In this document: in pieces, positions 38,231 to 47,689 of the stretch
How the letters are laid out: each line of letters starts with the position of its first letter
How positions within the stretch are numbered: the first letter of the stretch is position 1
NCBI GenBank assembly: GCA_030679895.1
Contig: JAUXSN010000039.1
Location: 34,128 to 98,127, forward strand
Source: Candidatus Moraniibacteriota bacterium
GTDB lineage: Bacteria; Patescibacteriota; Minisyncoccia; Moranbacterales; UBA11712
DNA length: 64,000 nt
Reading direction: 5' to 3'
Translations under genes and position numbers: made by a program
The notes under the pieces: generated by a model
What the model saw: the letters and a program-made list of their open reading frames with translations, nothing else
The model's database searches: none
Told to the model about the DNA's origin: nothing

Positions 38231-39064
38231 ATGCCTAATACGTCCAAACTCAAAAACTTCCTCTCTCGCATAATCTTTATCGCCCTCGTCGGTGCGTTGG
38301 TCGCTTTTGTCTATTCCATGTTTCTTCCCAGATATTGGCAAGTGACCGGAAAAATCGTGGTTGTGCCGTCCGGGACATCGGTGACGGCAGGACAGAACTT
38401 ATATTTAGAAGCTGGGAATACGGCGGAAATCATGAATAGCCCGAGTTTCAAAAAAAACATTTTGGGCGATGATGCCAAGAATTATGATCATACGGAAACA
38501 GTTAAGAATTCTTCGACGGTCGCGGTAATTTTTTTAGCCACGGAAGCGGATATTAAATCAGCCGAAGATATAATCGTCACCTTACCGGAAAAAATAGCAA
38601 CCCATGCACGGGATCTGTATAGCGGCCAGCCTTTTAAATATCTTCTCGTGAGCGATCCGGAAGTCTCGGGAAGCCTGGTAAAGCCGGATGTTTATAAAAA
38701 TATTGCCTGGGGATTTTTGGCGGGCGCTATCATCTTTCTTTTATATTGGATTTTCATCGAAACTTTGCGAACGGCGCCCTCGGAAGCGGAAGAAAAATTT
38801 TCTGAAGAAAAACCGATCGTGCCGGATCTGCGGCCTGTTATTTCGCCTGCCATAGAACCGGAAATCGAAAAAGTTCCGGAGCCGGAAATTTTTTCCGCGC
38901 CGGAGCCGAAAGCGGAAGCGATTATCACTCCGCGCGATATGCAAAATGTCGCCCCTTCCAACCTTCCTATCGCCGAGGAAGATGAAACTCCGGCTGAAAT
39001 TCAGGAGCCAAGCGACGAGGAAGTGAAAGATAGACTCAACAAGTTAATGAGAGGGGAGCTATAA
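38231..39064 (+). CDS. Second Wzz/YveK-like protein with acidic Pro-rich tail
   Basis: Two TMs with an extracytoplasmic loop; tail EPSDEEVKDRLNKLMRGEL. Confidence 0.6.
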   Translation: MPNTSKLKNFLSRIIFIALVGALVAFVYSMFLPRYWQVTGKIVVVPSGTSVTAGQNLYLEAGNTAEIMNSPSFKKNILGDDAKNYDHTETVKNSSTVAVIFLATEADIKSAEDIIVTLPEKIATHARDLYSGQPFKYLLVSDPEVSGSLVKPDVYKNIAWGFLAGAIIFLLYWIFIETLRTAPSEAEEKFSEEKPIVPDLRPVISPAIEPEIEKVPEPEIFSAPEPKAEAIITPRDMQNVAPSNLPIAEEDETPAEIQEPSDEEVKDRLNKLMRGEL

Positions 39065-39154
39065 AAAGCTCAAAGCTAAAAGCGCAAAGCGTAAAGCCAC
39101 AGCTAAAAACTCAAAACTAACTTCATTGAAATTTTAGCTTTAAGCCGTGGTTTT
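39064..39154. repeat. Heptamer-periodic inverted repeat (same family as 21160)
   Basis: caaagct/aaaagcg/caaagcg...ttttagctttaagccgtggtttt. Confidence 0.65.
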
Positions 39155-39179
39155 ATCAAAGCTTAAGGGAGGATGATTC

Positions 39180-39407
39180 ATGGCTTATCACTCGAGGAAG
39201 GGCGGCGGATTTAATAAAAAATCCGCGATAGATCACCTAGGGGAATTTAGCAAATCCCTCCAGCCGATCCAGGATGATCTATTTGATGAATGCGGTATAG
39301 AAGGGGAGGAAAAGGCCATAAACCAGCTAGCCATGCTCGTGTCGGGCGCGAGAAGCGCGATAGATATGGCGGTTGGGTTTATAAAACACCGAATGCCAAA
39401 GAAATAG
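39180..39407 (+). CDS. Small hypothetical protein
   Basis: 75 aa; GGAGG SD; own terminator at about 39449-39474. Confidence 0.55.
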   Translation: MAYHSRKGGGFNKKSAIDHLGEFSKSLQPIQDDLFDECGIEGEEKAINQLAMLVSGARSAIDMAVGFIKHRMPKK

Positions 39408-39533
39408 TACCATGTTCGAGGTGAAATCTCGACAAACCAGAAGGGTACCGGAATAGCGGACCCTTCTTTTCTTTATCAATTTTGATTTTTTTGATGAGAT
39501 GGGGTAATATGAAAATACTAAAAGTGCCAAGAG

Positions 39534-39583
39534 TTATCCTAAAGTTTAGCTTTAGGAGCGCCTAAAGCTAAACTTTAGGATAA
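39534..39583. repeat. Inverted REP doublet (REPIN-like)
   Basis: ttatcctaaagtttagctttagg-agcg-cctaaagctaaactttaggataa. Confidence 0.85.
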
Positions 39584-39587
39584 AAAG

Positions 39588-40139
39588 ATGGAATTTATAA
39601 AAACTACTCTAAAAGACGTCTATCTTATCAAGCCCAAAGTCTTTCAGGACGAGCGGGGTTTTTTTCTTGAGTCATATAGCGAAAAAGTTTTTGCCGAAAA
39701 CGGAATTGAAGCGAAATTTGTGCAGGATAACCATTCTCTTTCGGTGAAAAAAGGCGTGCTGCGAGGACTTCATTTCCAAAATCTGCCGCACGAACAGGCA
39801 AAGCTGGTGCGGGTGACGCGCGGGAAAGTATATGACGTCATTGTCGATCTGCGCAAAGATTCCGAAACTTTCGGAAAATGGGAAGGTTTTGAGCTATCCA
39901 CTGACAATTTCCAAATGCTTTTCATTCCGCGCGGATTCGGCCACGCGTACTGCACACTCGAAGACAATACGGAATTTATGTATAAAGTAGACAATTTTTA
40001 CGCTCCGGAAGCCGATTCCGGAATCATCTGGAACGATCCGGATTTAGCTATCAGCTGGCCGATCAAAAATCCGATTCTTTCGGAAAAAGACAGTAAGCTG
40101 CAAAAATTTAAAGATTTTATTTCACCGTTCAAATTATGA
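39588..40139 (+). CDS. rfbC: dTDP-4-dehydrorhamnose 3,5-epimerase
   Basis: DERGFF, QDNHS, RGLHFQ, YKVD. Confidence 0.97.
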   Translation: MEFIKTTLKDVYLIKPKVFQDERGFFLESYSEKVFAENGIEAKFVQDNHSLSVKKGVLRGLHFQNLPHEQAKLVRVTRGKVYDVIVDLRKDSETFGKWEGFELSTDNFQMLFIPRGFGHAYCTLEDNTEFMYKVDNFYAPEADSGIIWNDPDLAISWPIKNPILSEKDSKLQKFKDFISPFKL

Positions 40140-41143
40140 AATTATTAATCACCGGCGGTGCGGGGTTCATTGGAAGTAATTTCATCCGGTATATTCTAAA
40201 CAAATACCCGGACTACAAAATCGTAAACCTGGATCTTTTGACATACGCGGGGAATTTGGAAAACTTGAGGGATGTTGAAAATAACCCCAATTATAAATTC
40301 ATAAAAGGCGACATCGCGGACAAGAATTTAGCTAATGATTTGGCAAAAGACGCGGATATTATCGTCAACTTTGCGGCTGAATCGCATGTGGATCGCTCGA
40401 TTTTGGACAGCGCGGCGTTCATCCACACCAATATTCTCGGAACGCATAATCTGCTCGAAGCGGCCAGAAATAACGGCCTCAAAAGATTCCATCATATCTC
40501 CACGGACGAAGTCTACGGCCATCTCGGCCCGAATGACCCCGCGTTTAACGAGAAGACGCCCTATGCGCCTCGCAGTCCCTACAGCGCCTCAAAAGCCGCC
40601 GCTGACCATCTGGTGATGGCCTATTTTCACACGTACAATCTGCCAGTCACAATTTCGAACTGCTCAAACAACTACGGCCCTTATCAATTTCCGGAAAAAC
40701 TTCACGGATTATTTATTACTAACTTATTGGAGGGGAAAAAAGTGCCGGTTTATGGCGACGGCCGGCAAGTCCGCGACTGGCTTTTTGTTTCGGACCATTG
40801 CGAAGCCATCGATTTGATAATCCATAAAGGAAAGATTGGCGAAACATATTGCGTCGGCGGCAACTGCGAAAAACCGAATCTCGAGATAACCCAAAAAATT
40901 CTGGAACTTCTCGGAAAAGGCGAAGAGATGATAGAATACGTGAAAGACCGTCCCGGACACGATCGCCGCTACGCGATGAATTTCGCGAAAATAAAAAGCG
41001 AACTGGGTTGGGAGCCGCGGACGAATTTTGACGAAGGAATGCGAAAAACAGTCGAGTGGTATAAAAATAACGAGGATTGGTGGAAAACAATCAAGAGCGG
41101 GGAATATTTGAAATATTATGAAAAGCAGTATAAAGAAAGATAA
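40136..41143 (+). CDS. rfbB: dTDP-glucose 4,6-dehydratase
   Basis: GGAGFIG, AAESHVDRS, YSASK, DRPGHDRRY. Confidence 0.97.
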   Translation: MKLLITGGAGFIGSNFIRYILNKYPDYKIVNLDLLTYAGNLENLRDVENNPNYKFIKGDIADKNLANDLAKDADIIVNFAAESHVDRSILDSAAFIHTNILGTHNLLEAARNNGLKRFHHISTDEVYGHLGPNDPAFNEKTPYAPRSPYSASKAAADHLVMAYFHTYNLPVTISNCSNNYGPYQFPEKLHGLFITNLLEGKKVPVYGDGRQVRDWLFVSDHCEAIDLIIHKGKIGETYCVGGNCEKPNLEITQKILELLGKGEEMIEYVKDRPGHDRRYAMNFAKIKSELGWEPRTNFDEGMRKTVEWYKNNEDWWKTIKSGEYLKYYEKQYKER

Positions 41144-41145
41144 TT

Positions 41146-42015
41146 ATGAAAAATAAAGTCCTCATCATTGGTTCCCACGGAATGCTTGGCCAGGATCTGG
41201 TGAAAGTTTTTGAAAAAGATATGAACTGGGAGGTTTTTGCTTATGACCGGGGAGAAATCGATATAACTTCCGAAGAAAGTTTGCGAAAAAAAATCGACGA
41301 ATTTGAGCCGAGCGTGGTCATCAATGCAACGGGATATAACGCGGTGGATAAATGCGAATCGGACGAGATCGAATATGAACTGGCGAAAAAAATAAACGGC
41401 TATGGCCCGGGAATTTTGGCAAAAATATGCAAAGAAAAAGATATTCCGGTGGTTCATTATGTCAGTGATTATATCTTCGACGGCGAAAAGGGAGAATATG
41501 CCGAAAACGACAAACCGAATCCGATCAGCAACTACGGCCGGTCAAAACTGTTAGGGGAAGAAGAAATTAAGAAAAACACAGACAAATATTATCTCATCCG
41601 CACCTCCAAACTTTTCGGAGCTCACGGAAAATCAACGATGTCCAAGCGCAGTTTTTTTGACACGATGATCCATTTTTCCAAAGACAACAGTCTTATGAAA
41701 ATTGTCGATGAAGAAAAAAGCTGTTTTACCTATACGCCGGATTTGGCGCTGGAGACCAAAAAAATGATCGAAGAGCCGGTTCCTTTCGGGATTTATCACG
41801 TGGTGAATGAAGGTCCCTGCACCTGGTACGAAGCGGCTTGCGAATTGTTCAAGCTGGCGAAAATTGAAGTGGAAGTGGTGCCGGTTCCGTCATCCGAATT
41901 TCCCCGTCCCGCCAAAAGACCGCCTTCGTCGGTGCTCGTGAACACAAAATTGAAACCGCTCCGAAACTATAAAGACGCCCTTAAGGAATATTTGGATAAA
42001 AATTATAATTTCTAA
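41146..42015 (+). CDS. rfbD: dTDP-4-dehydrorhamnose reductase
   Basis: GSHGMLG, SDYIFDG, YGRSK, PAKRP. Confidence 0.93.
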   Translation: MKNKVLIIGSHGMLGQDLVKVFEKDMNWEVFAYDRGEIDITSEESLRKKIDEFEPSVVINATGYNAVDKCESDEIEYELAKKINGYGPGILAKICKEKDIPVVHYVSDYIFDGEKGEYAENDKPNPISNYGRSKLLGEEEIKKNTDKYYLIRTSKLFGAHGKSTMSKRSFFDTMIHFSKDNSLMKIVDEEKSCFTYTPDLALETKKMIEEPVPFGIYHVVNEGPCTWYEAACELFKLAKIEVEVVPVPSSEFPRPAKRPPSSVLVNTKLKPLRNYKDALKEYLDKNYNF

Positions 42016-42018
42016 ATT

Positions 42019-42831
42019 ATGAGTAAAAAGCAAATGAAAGGCATTGTGCTGGCCGGTGGCACGGCCACAAGGTTGTTTCCCCTTACCGCGACAACCAGCA
42101 AGCAATTGCTGCCTGTTTATGACCGGCAAATGGTGTTTTATCCCCTAAATGTCTTGGTTAAGGCGGGGATAAAAGATATTCTGGTCATTGTTGCTCCGGA
42201 ACATTCGGGCCAATTTTTGAATCTTTTAGGATCAATTTTCAAAAACTACGGAATCCATCTTTATTTTGAAGTCCAAAAAGTTCCGCGAGGGCTGGCGGAC
42301 GCTTTTATCCAGGGAGAATCTTTTATCGATGAAGGCAATGTGACAATGATACTGGGAGACAATATCTTTGAAGATGATTTATCGGGCCACATCAAGAATT
42401 TTGCTTCGGGCGGCATGATTTTCGCAAAACAAGTTCCGGATCCGGAACGTTTCGGAGTGGTGGACTTTGACGCGCAAGGCAAAGCGCTTTCCATTGAGGA
42501 AAAACCGGAAAATCCAAAAAGCAATTTTTGCGTGACAGGAGCGTATATCTATGACAACAGGGTGGTGGAGATCGCGAAAAATTTGAAACCTTCAACGAGG
42601 GGCGAAATAGAAATAACCAGCATCAATCAGAAATATCTTGAAATGGGGGAATTGGCAGTGAACACGATCTCGGGCGAATGGCTGGATGCCGGAACTTATG
42701 ACTCGCTTCTCGCGGCGGGCAACATCGTCAAGGACAAAGGAATTAATAAAAACTTTGATCCGCTGATTGACAAGGCTATTTCCGAATTCAATATGGAGCT
42801 CAAAGCGATCGCGAAAAAAAAGTTGTTATAG
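42019..42831 (+). CDS. rfbA: Glucose-1-phosphate thymidylyltransferase
   Basis: LAGGTATRL, KQLLPVYD, EEKP, RGEIEIT, WLDAGT. Confidence 0.92.
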   Translation: MSKKQMKGIVLAGGTATRLFPLTATTSKQLLPVYDRQMVFYPLNVLVKAGIKDILVIVAPEHSGQFLNLLGSIFKNYGIHLYFEVQKVPRGLADAFIQGESFIDEGNVTMILGDNIFEDDLSGHIKNFASGGMIFAKQVPDPERFGVVDFDAQGKALSIEEKPENPKSNFCVTGAYIYDNRVVEIAKNLKPSTRGEIEITSINQKYLEMGELAVNTISGEWLDAGTYDSLLAAGNIVKDKGINKNFDPLIDKAISEFNMELKAIAKKKLL

Positions 42832-42859
42832 TATTTAGTAACTATTCATTCTATATTCT

Positions 42860-43717
42860 ATGAAGATCAAAAAAGCGATTATCGCCGTGGCCGGATCAGG
42901 AACGCGTTTTTTGCCGGCCACGAAAGCCATGCCCAAAGAAATGCTTCCGATCGTCGATAAGCCGATCATTCAGCTGGTAGTTGAAGAACTGGTCGAGGCG
43001 GGGATCGAAGATATTATTTTGGTTACCAAATGGGACAAAAAACCTTTGGAGGACCATTTTGATTATAGCTGGGCTTTGGAAAATGATCTGGAAAAAAACG
43101 GCAAACTGGAACTTTTGAAAAAAATTAGAAAAGTTTCGGAGATGGCAAATTTTATTTATGTCCGTCAGAAGGGGCCGTATGGAAACGGAACGCCTGTTCT
43201 TTCCGCCGCCAGTCTTGTTGATGATGAGCCATTCGTGTTCGTTTGGGGAGACGATCTTGTGAAATCAAAAGTTTCTTTCACGAAACAAATGATCGAAGAT
43301 TACGAAAAAAACGGAAAACCGATGATTGGTGTGCAAAAAGTCGCAAAAGAAGATGTTGTGCGCTACGGAATAGTCAAACTGAGAGAAGGAACAAATGTAA
43401 TTGAGGATATCATAGAAAAGCCATCTGTTGAAGATGCGCCCTCGCAATTGGCTGACTTCGGCCGGATGATCTTAAATCAAGAAATTATTGACGTTCTCAA
43501 AAAAACAGCGCTGGGAAAGGGAAATGAGCTTTGGATCACCGACGCAATAAAGAGTTATGTAAAAAACGGCGGAATATTTCTGGCGAAAGAAATAAAAGAC
43601 GGCCAATGGCTTACGACCGGCGATCCACTCAATTATCTCAAAGCCTTATTGGTATACGCTTTTGAAAGAGAAGATATCGGGGAGGATCTTAAAAAGTTTA
43701 TAAAATCGAAAGTATAA
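42860..43717 (+). CDS. galU: UTP-glucose-1-phosphate uridylyltransferase
   Basis: AGSGTRFLPATKAMPKEMLPIVDKP, EKP. Confidence 0.9.
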   Translation: MKIKKAIIAVAGSGTRFLPATKAMPKEMLPIVDKPIIQLVVEELVEAGIEDIILVTKWDKKPLEDHFDYSWALENDLEKNGKLELLKKIRKVSEMANFIYVRQKGPYGNGTPVLSAASLVDDEPFVFVWGDDLVKSKVSFTKQMIEDYEKNGKPMIGVQKVAKEDVVRYGIVKLREGTNVIEDIIEKPSVEDAPSQLADFGRMILNQEIIDVLKKTALGKGNELWITDAIKSYVKNGGIFLAKEIKDGQWLTTGDPLNYLKALLVYAFEREDIGEDLKKFIKSKV

Positions 43718-43745
43718 TAAAAGGGCTCTGCAATGCAGCAGAGCC
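43718..43745 (-). terminator. Intrinsic terminator of the minus-strand RNA
   Basis: ggctctgc-tgcatt-gcagagcc-ctttt. Confidence 0.7.
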
Positions 43746-43749
43746 GGAG

Positions 43750-43958
43750 GGTGATAGCGCTACCGCGCAACTTAAGGGGCAAGCGCCTAGAGCTTCGGTA
43801 CATCGGCCAAAGTATTTATTGCGCTGAAGACCGCAACCTTAACTTCTAGTCAGGGTGTTACCCTTTTGTCCCTCTGCTACTTGCCGTAAGAGCTTGATTC
43901 CCGACTCACCCCTTAGAGTCAGCTGTCTTAGACAAAGAGAGGCTTTCGCGCCATCATT
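43750..43958 (-). ncRNA. Candidate novel structured ncRNA with pseudoknot
   Basis: Own promoter and terminator; 9-bp closing helix, 8-bp loop-distal pairing and several hairpins; no credible ORF. Confidence 0.6.
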
Positions 43959-43965
43959 TAATAAA

Positions 43966-43993
43966 AGTATATAACAATGAAAATTGCTGTCAA
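43966..43993 (-). promoter_or_regulatory. Sigma70 promoter for the candidate ncRNA
   Basis: TTGACA (43993-43988)-16-TATACT (43971-43966). Confidence 0.65.
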
Positions 43994-45119
43994 CGCGGCC
44001 GATCTTGATCATTCACGGATTGACGGCACGCGTATTTATATCCAAAATATTTTGAAAAACTTTGGTCCCGCCTCTCGCGATCGGCGGGACCATTTTTTGA
44101 TTTACCATAAAAACAAACTCAATCCGGAACTAATTTTTCCTGTTTTTGATAATTATTCCATAAAAAAGCTGCCTTTCCCTTTCTATTGGACGCAAACCAG
44201 ATTTGCCTGGGAAATTTTCCGGACTCGGCCCGATGTTTTATGGATGCCGATGCATTCCTTGCCGTATCTTAGGAGCAAGAAAACGAAAACCGTTGTGACG
44301 ATCCATGACCTGGCCTTTAAGTTCTTCCCGCAATTTTTCAATAGAAAGGATCTGCGAAGATTGAATTTTTTTACCGACTACGCGGTTCGCAATGCCGATC
44401 GCCTCATTGCCGTTTCCAATTCGACTAAAAAAGATATTCTAAAACTTTATCCGGAGACAAAGGAAGACAAAATAAAAGTCATCTACCACGGCTATGATAA
44501 AGATTTATTTAATGAAAATATTTCGGAAGAAGAAATGAATGAAGTAAAATCTCGTTACGGGTTACCTGCCTCGCCGTCAGGCAGGCGCGTTTCACGTTAC
44601 GTGATTTATGTCGGCGCCTTGCAGCCTCGCAAAAACCTTGATGTTCTGGTTGACGCTTTTGAGTCTTTGCGCCGCGATGAATCGTATAAAGATATAGGGC
44701 TTGTAATCGCCGGTGATTTGGGCTGGATGTACAAAGATTTTCTTAAAAGGATAGAAACTAATCCCGCCATTACGGCGATCGGAAAATTTGAAACGAGAGA
44801 TCTCCCGATGCTTCTTCGAGGAGCGGAAGCGCTTATTTTCCCGTCGCTCTATGAGGGATTCGGTTTGCCGGCGCTCGAAGCTATGGCCTGCGGGGTGCCG
44901 GTTATCGCGGCGGATAATTCAAGCCTTGCGGAAATAGTTGGCGAGGCGGGAATCCTTTTTGACGCTTATTCAAGGGATAATTTAGCTAAGTCTTTGATAA
45001 AAATTCTGGAAAGTGATAAACTGCGAGATGACCTTCAGCAGAAAGGGCTCGAGAGAGTGAAAGGTTTTTCATGGGAAAAATGCGCGAGAGAGACGCTGGA
45101 ATGGTTAACAAAATGGTGA
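43977..45119 (+). CDS. Glycosyltransferase family 4
   Basis: TIHDL, QPRKN, FPSLYEGFGLPALEAM. Confidence 0.92.
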   Translation: MKIAVNAADLDHSRIDGTRIYIQNILKNFGPASRDRRDHFLIYHKNKLNPELIFPVFDNYSIKKLPFPFYWTQTRFAWEIFRTRPDVLWMPMHSLPYLRSKKTKTVVTIHDLAFKFFPQFFNRKDLRRLNFFTDYAVRNADRLIAVSNSTKKDILKLYPETKEDKIKVIYHGYDKDLFNENISEEEMNEVKSRYGLPASPSGRRVSRYVIYVGALQPRKNLDVLVDAFESLRRDESYKDIGLVIAGDLGWMYKDFLKRIETNPAITAIGKFETRDLPMLLRGAEALIFPSLYEGFGLPALEAMACGVPVIAADNSSLAEIVGEAGILFDAYSRDNLAKSLIKILESDKLRDDLQQKGLERVKGFSWEKCARETLEWLTKW

Positions 45120-45186
45120 TGTCTTAACATCATATTTATGTACTCATTAAAACTATCTTTAAGTTTTGAGCTTTGAGTTTGTCTGT

Positions 45187-46128
45187 ATGAAGAAAAAAAT
45201 AATTATTTTGGTCATCCTTTTTCTTCTTGGATTATTATTTTCTGACATATCTTTGGCTGCCAAAAAATCAAAATGGCAATCGATGCTGGAACGAAACAGC
45301 GTTCCGATTATTTATTGGCAGAAATATCTTCCCAAAGTCAGCCGGGGAGAATATCGGAAAGCGGTAAAAAATTATCAAGATAAAGAAGATAACGAAGAAG
45401 TGAATATTATTGAAGGAAAATATCCATTGCCCGACCCCGAGGGAAAAATCGCCCGCGAACAGCATCTCTGGCTTAAGGATAATCAGTCTTCCTCCAGCCA
45501 TTATAAGATGACGGATACTTCAAAATCATGCCAAAATGGAATGGCTGGCGGATACGGCGCGTTTGGTGCGCTCAATAGAGGAGACAAGGGCGAAGAAAAA
45601 TATTATGTCAATATGCGCTGGGGATACGCGGATTGGGTGGAACCCGAATCCGACCTTAAGGAAAAATTGGAAAAAAAGGATAAGTCACTGCTTTTGAAAT
45701 CGGCAGAAGGCTTTCCCAAGTCCGGTTACATAAAAATAGAAAGCGAATACATCAGATATTCCTCCAAAAGCGGGGACAAACTCAAGGGACTTTCAAGGGG
45801 TTATAAAAGTTCCGCTTCAGATCACGCAAAAGGCGATAACGCAAAACTGGAATATAAATATAAAGGCGGAAACTGGGAAAGAGTCACAAAAGTGATCAAT
45901 GTTGAAAAGAAGAAAAAGGATTGGTATAAGAGGAAAAAAGTTTTGGTGACGAATAACCGAAACGGGGAAAAAGTGGTGGCTTCGATACTCGAATCCGGTC
46001 CGGCTATTTGGACAGGGCGCGTGGGCGGCTTGTCGCCTGAAGCCTATGAAGCAATCGGCGCGAAGACAAACGAAAACTGCACGTTTCAGTATGTGGACGA
46101 AAAAACAAATCTTGGTTCTGTTAATTGA
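45187..46128 (+). CDS. Secreted protein with a C-terminal RlpA-like double-psi beta-barrel
   Basis: VLVTN..NG.KVVA.I.ESGP...GRV.GLS resembles the RlpA/expansin motif. Confidence 0.5.
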   Translation: MKKKIIILVILFLLGLLFSDISLAAKKSKWQSMLERNSVPIIYWQKYLPKVSRGEYRKAVKNYQDKEDNEEVNIIEGKYPLPDPEGKIAREQHLWLKDNQSSSSHYKMTDTSKSCQNGMAGGYGAFGALNRGDKGEEKYYVNMRWGYADWVEPESDLKEKLEKKDKSLLLKSAEGFPKSGYIKIESEYIRYSSKSGDKLKGLSRGYKSSASDHAKGDNAKLEYKYKGGNWERVTKVINVEKKKKDWYKRKKVLVTNNRNGEKVVASILESGPAIWTGRVGGLSPEAYEAIGAKTNENCTFQYVDEKTNLGSVN

Positions 46129-46138
46129 GACACTAACT

Positions 46139-47680
46139 ATGCCATACAAAACAAAAAAAATAATCTTGCCTCTAGCGGTTTTTATTGTCTGCTTCTGCTT
46201 TTTTGGATACAGCAACTATTTTGCTTTAGCAAAAAAAGTTCAAAAAAACCAAATTGCGACGAATATTCCCACGATCTATCCTCGCTCTTCCTGGTCAAGC
46301 CTAAGCGATGACAAGAGATCAAAAAAGATTTGGCCGGCGGAAATTGAAAATCCCAAGGTGCTCATCATTCATCACACGGCGACGTCCTATAAAGGATCGA
46401 CTTCGAAACAGATCAAAAAAATATACCGGTATCATTCCTATACCCGAAAATGGGGCGATATCGGCTATAACTATATTATCGGCAAAGACGGAGCTATTTT
46501 CGAAGGGCGCTACGGAGGAAACGGGGTTATCGGAGGGCATACCTCCGGTTATAACGAAGGATCGATCGGAATTTCGGTTATCGGAAATTATCAGTCGGAA
46601 AAAATAAGTTCCGAGGCGCTGGATTCGCTTGAAAAGCTGATAGGTTGGCTGGCGGCCAACAATAGCATAGATATCTCAAACGGAATAAGTTTTCACGGCG
46701 AAAAATTGGATTCTGCCGTTATCGGCCACAAGGACGTAGCCAGCACCGCTTGCCCTGGAAAAAATATCTATAGCGATATGACGCAAATCAGAACCGCGAG
46801 CGTTGGTTTTTCCGGAACATATGCGAATTATGCTTATCAAGCGGCTGGCGACAGCCAGGTTTATGAAATAAAAAACAGCCAAAGATATTCCGGAAGCGCG
46901 AAATCGAGTATAGTTAGTATTTCAAAAACCCAGCTGGAAGCTTATTCCACGGCTGGATCGGATTCAGAAGCAATCACTTATCCCTCCGGCACGCTGGTGA
47001 AATTAAGCGCGAACGGCCGGATGGGAATTATTGATAACGGATCAATCCGGCCGGTGGAAAACAGCATTCTTTTAACCGGCTATAATGCAAAAAACATTAT
47101 TGGAATTGACCAGGCGAAATGGAACGGGTATTCAGCCGGAGATCCGGTTTCATTTCGTTCCGGATCGGTTGTCAAAAGCGCGAGCAGTTATTATTTTATG
47201 GAAAATAACCAAAAAAGGCTTCTGAAACTTCCGGACGGCCAAAATAAATACCTCGATCTAAGTTCGCCGCAAGAGGCCACCGCCGAAGAAATGCGCAATT
47301 ATCCCGACGGTCTTCAAGTTTCGGAAATATCCGATTTTCCCGCCGGGACAATCCTGACTCCAAACAATAAAAATTATTATTATATTGACGCCGGGAAGAT
47401 CAAAAGAAAAATGCCGCGAAACGTGTTTCAAGCCAGATTTTCCCGCCAAGGGGCGCTCAAGGTTTCCAGAAAACTGCTGAAGCTGTACAAAACTTCCGGG
47501 AAGGTTTCTTTTCAGGATGGATCAGTCGTGAAGTATAGAAAAAAGTATTATTTTATAGAAAATCAGAAAAAAAGGAAATTTCAAAATAAAAAACTCGTAA
47601 GCTCGATGGGCTACAAAAATGTGGTTAACGCAAAAAGAACGGAGATGAGCGGAATCGGGATCGGAGCGGACATTAAATAA
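46139..47680 (+). CDS. N-acetylmuramoyl-L-alanine amidase (Amidase_2) with C-terminal repeats
   Basis: IIHHTA, WGDIGYN, GHT, GHKD..STACPG. Confidence 0.92.
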   Translation: MPYKTKKIILPLAVFIVCFCFFGYSNYFALAKKVQKNQIATNIPTIYPRSSWSSLSDDKRSKKIWPAEIENPKVLIIHHTATSYKGSTSKQIKKIYRYHSYTRKWGDIGYNYIIGKDGAIFEGRYGGNGVIGGHTSGYNEGSIGISVIGNYQSEKISSEALDSLEKLIGWLAANNSIDISNGISFHGEKLDSAVIGHKDVASTACPGKNIYSDMTQIRTASVGFSGTYANYAYQAAGDSQVYEIKNSQRYSGSAKSSIVSISKTQLEAYSTAGSDSEAITYPSGTLVKLSANGRMGIIDNGSIRPVENSILLTGYNAKNIIGIDQAKWNGYSAGDPVSFRSGSVVKSASSYYFMENNQKRLLKLPDGQNKYLDLSSPQEATAEEMRNYPDGLQVSEISDFPAGTILTPNNKNYYYIDAGKIKRKMPRNVFQARFSRQGALKVSRKLLKLYKTSGKVSFQDGSVVKYRKKYYFIENQKKRKFQNKKLVSSMGYKNVVNAKRTEMSGIGIGADIK

Positions 47681-47689
47681 AGCTTCTTG

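Noticed and set aside
43750-43958. RNase P RNA, tmRNA or SRP RNA identity
   Set aside because: No GAGGAAAGTCC P4 motif, no tRNA-like ends or tag peptide, no SRP helix-8 motif
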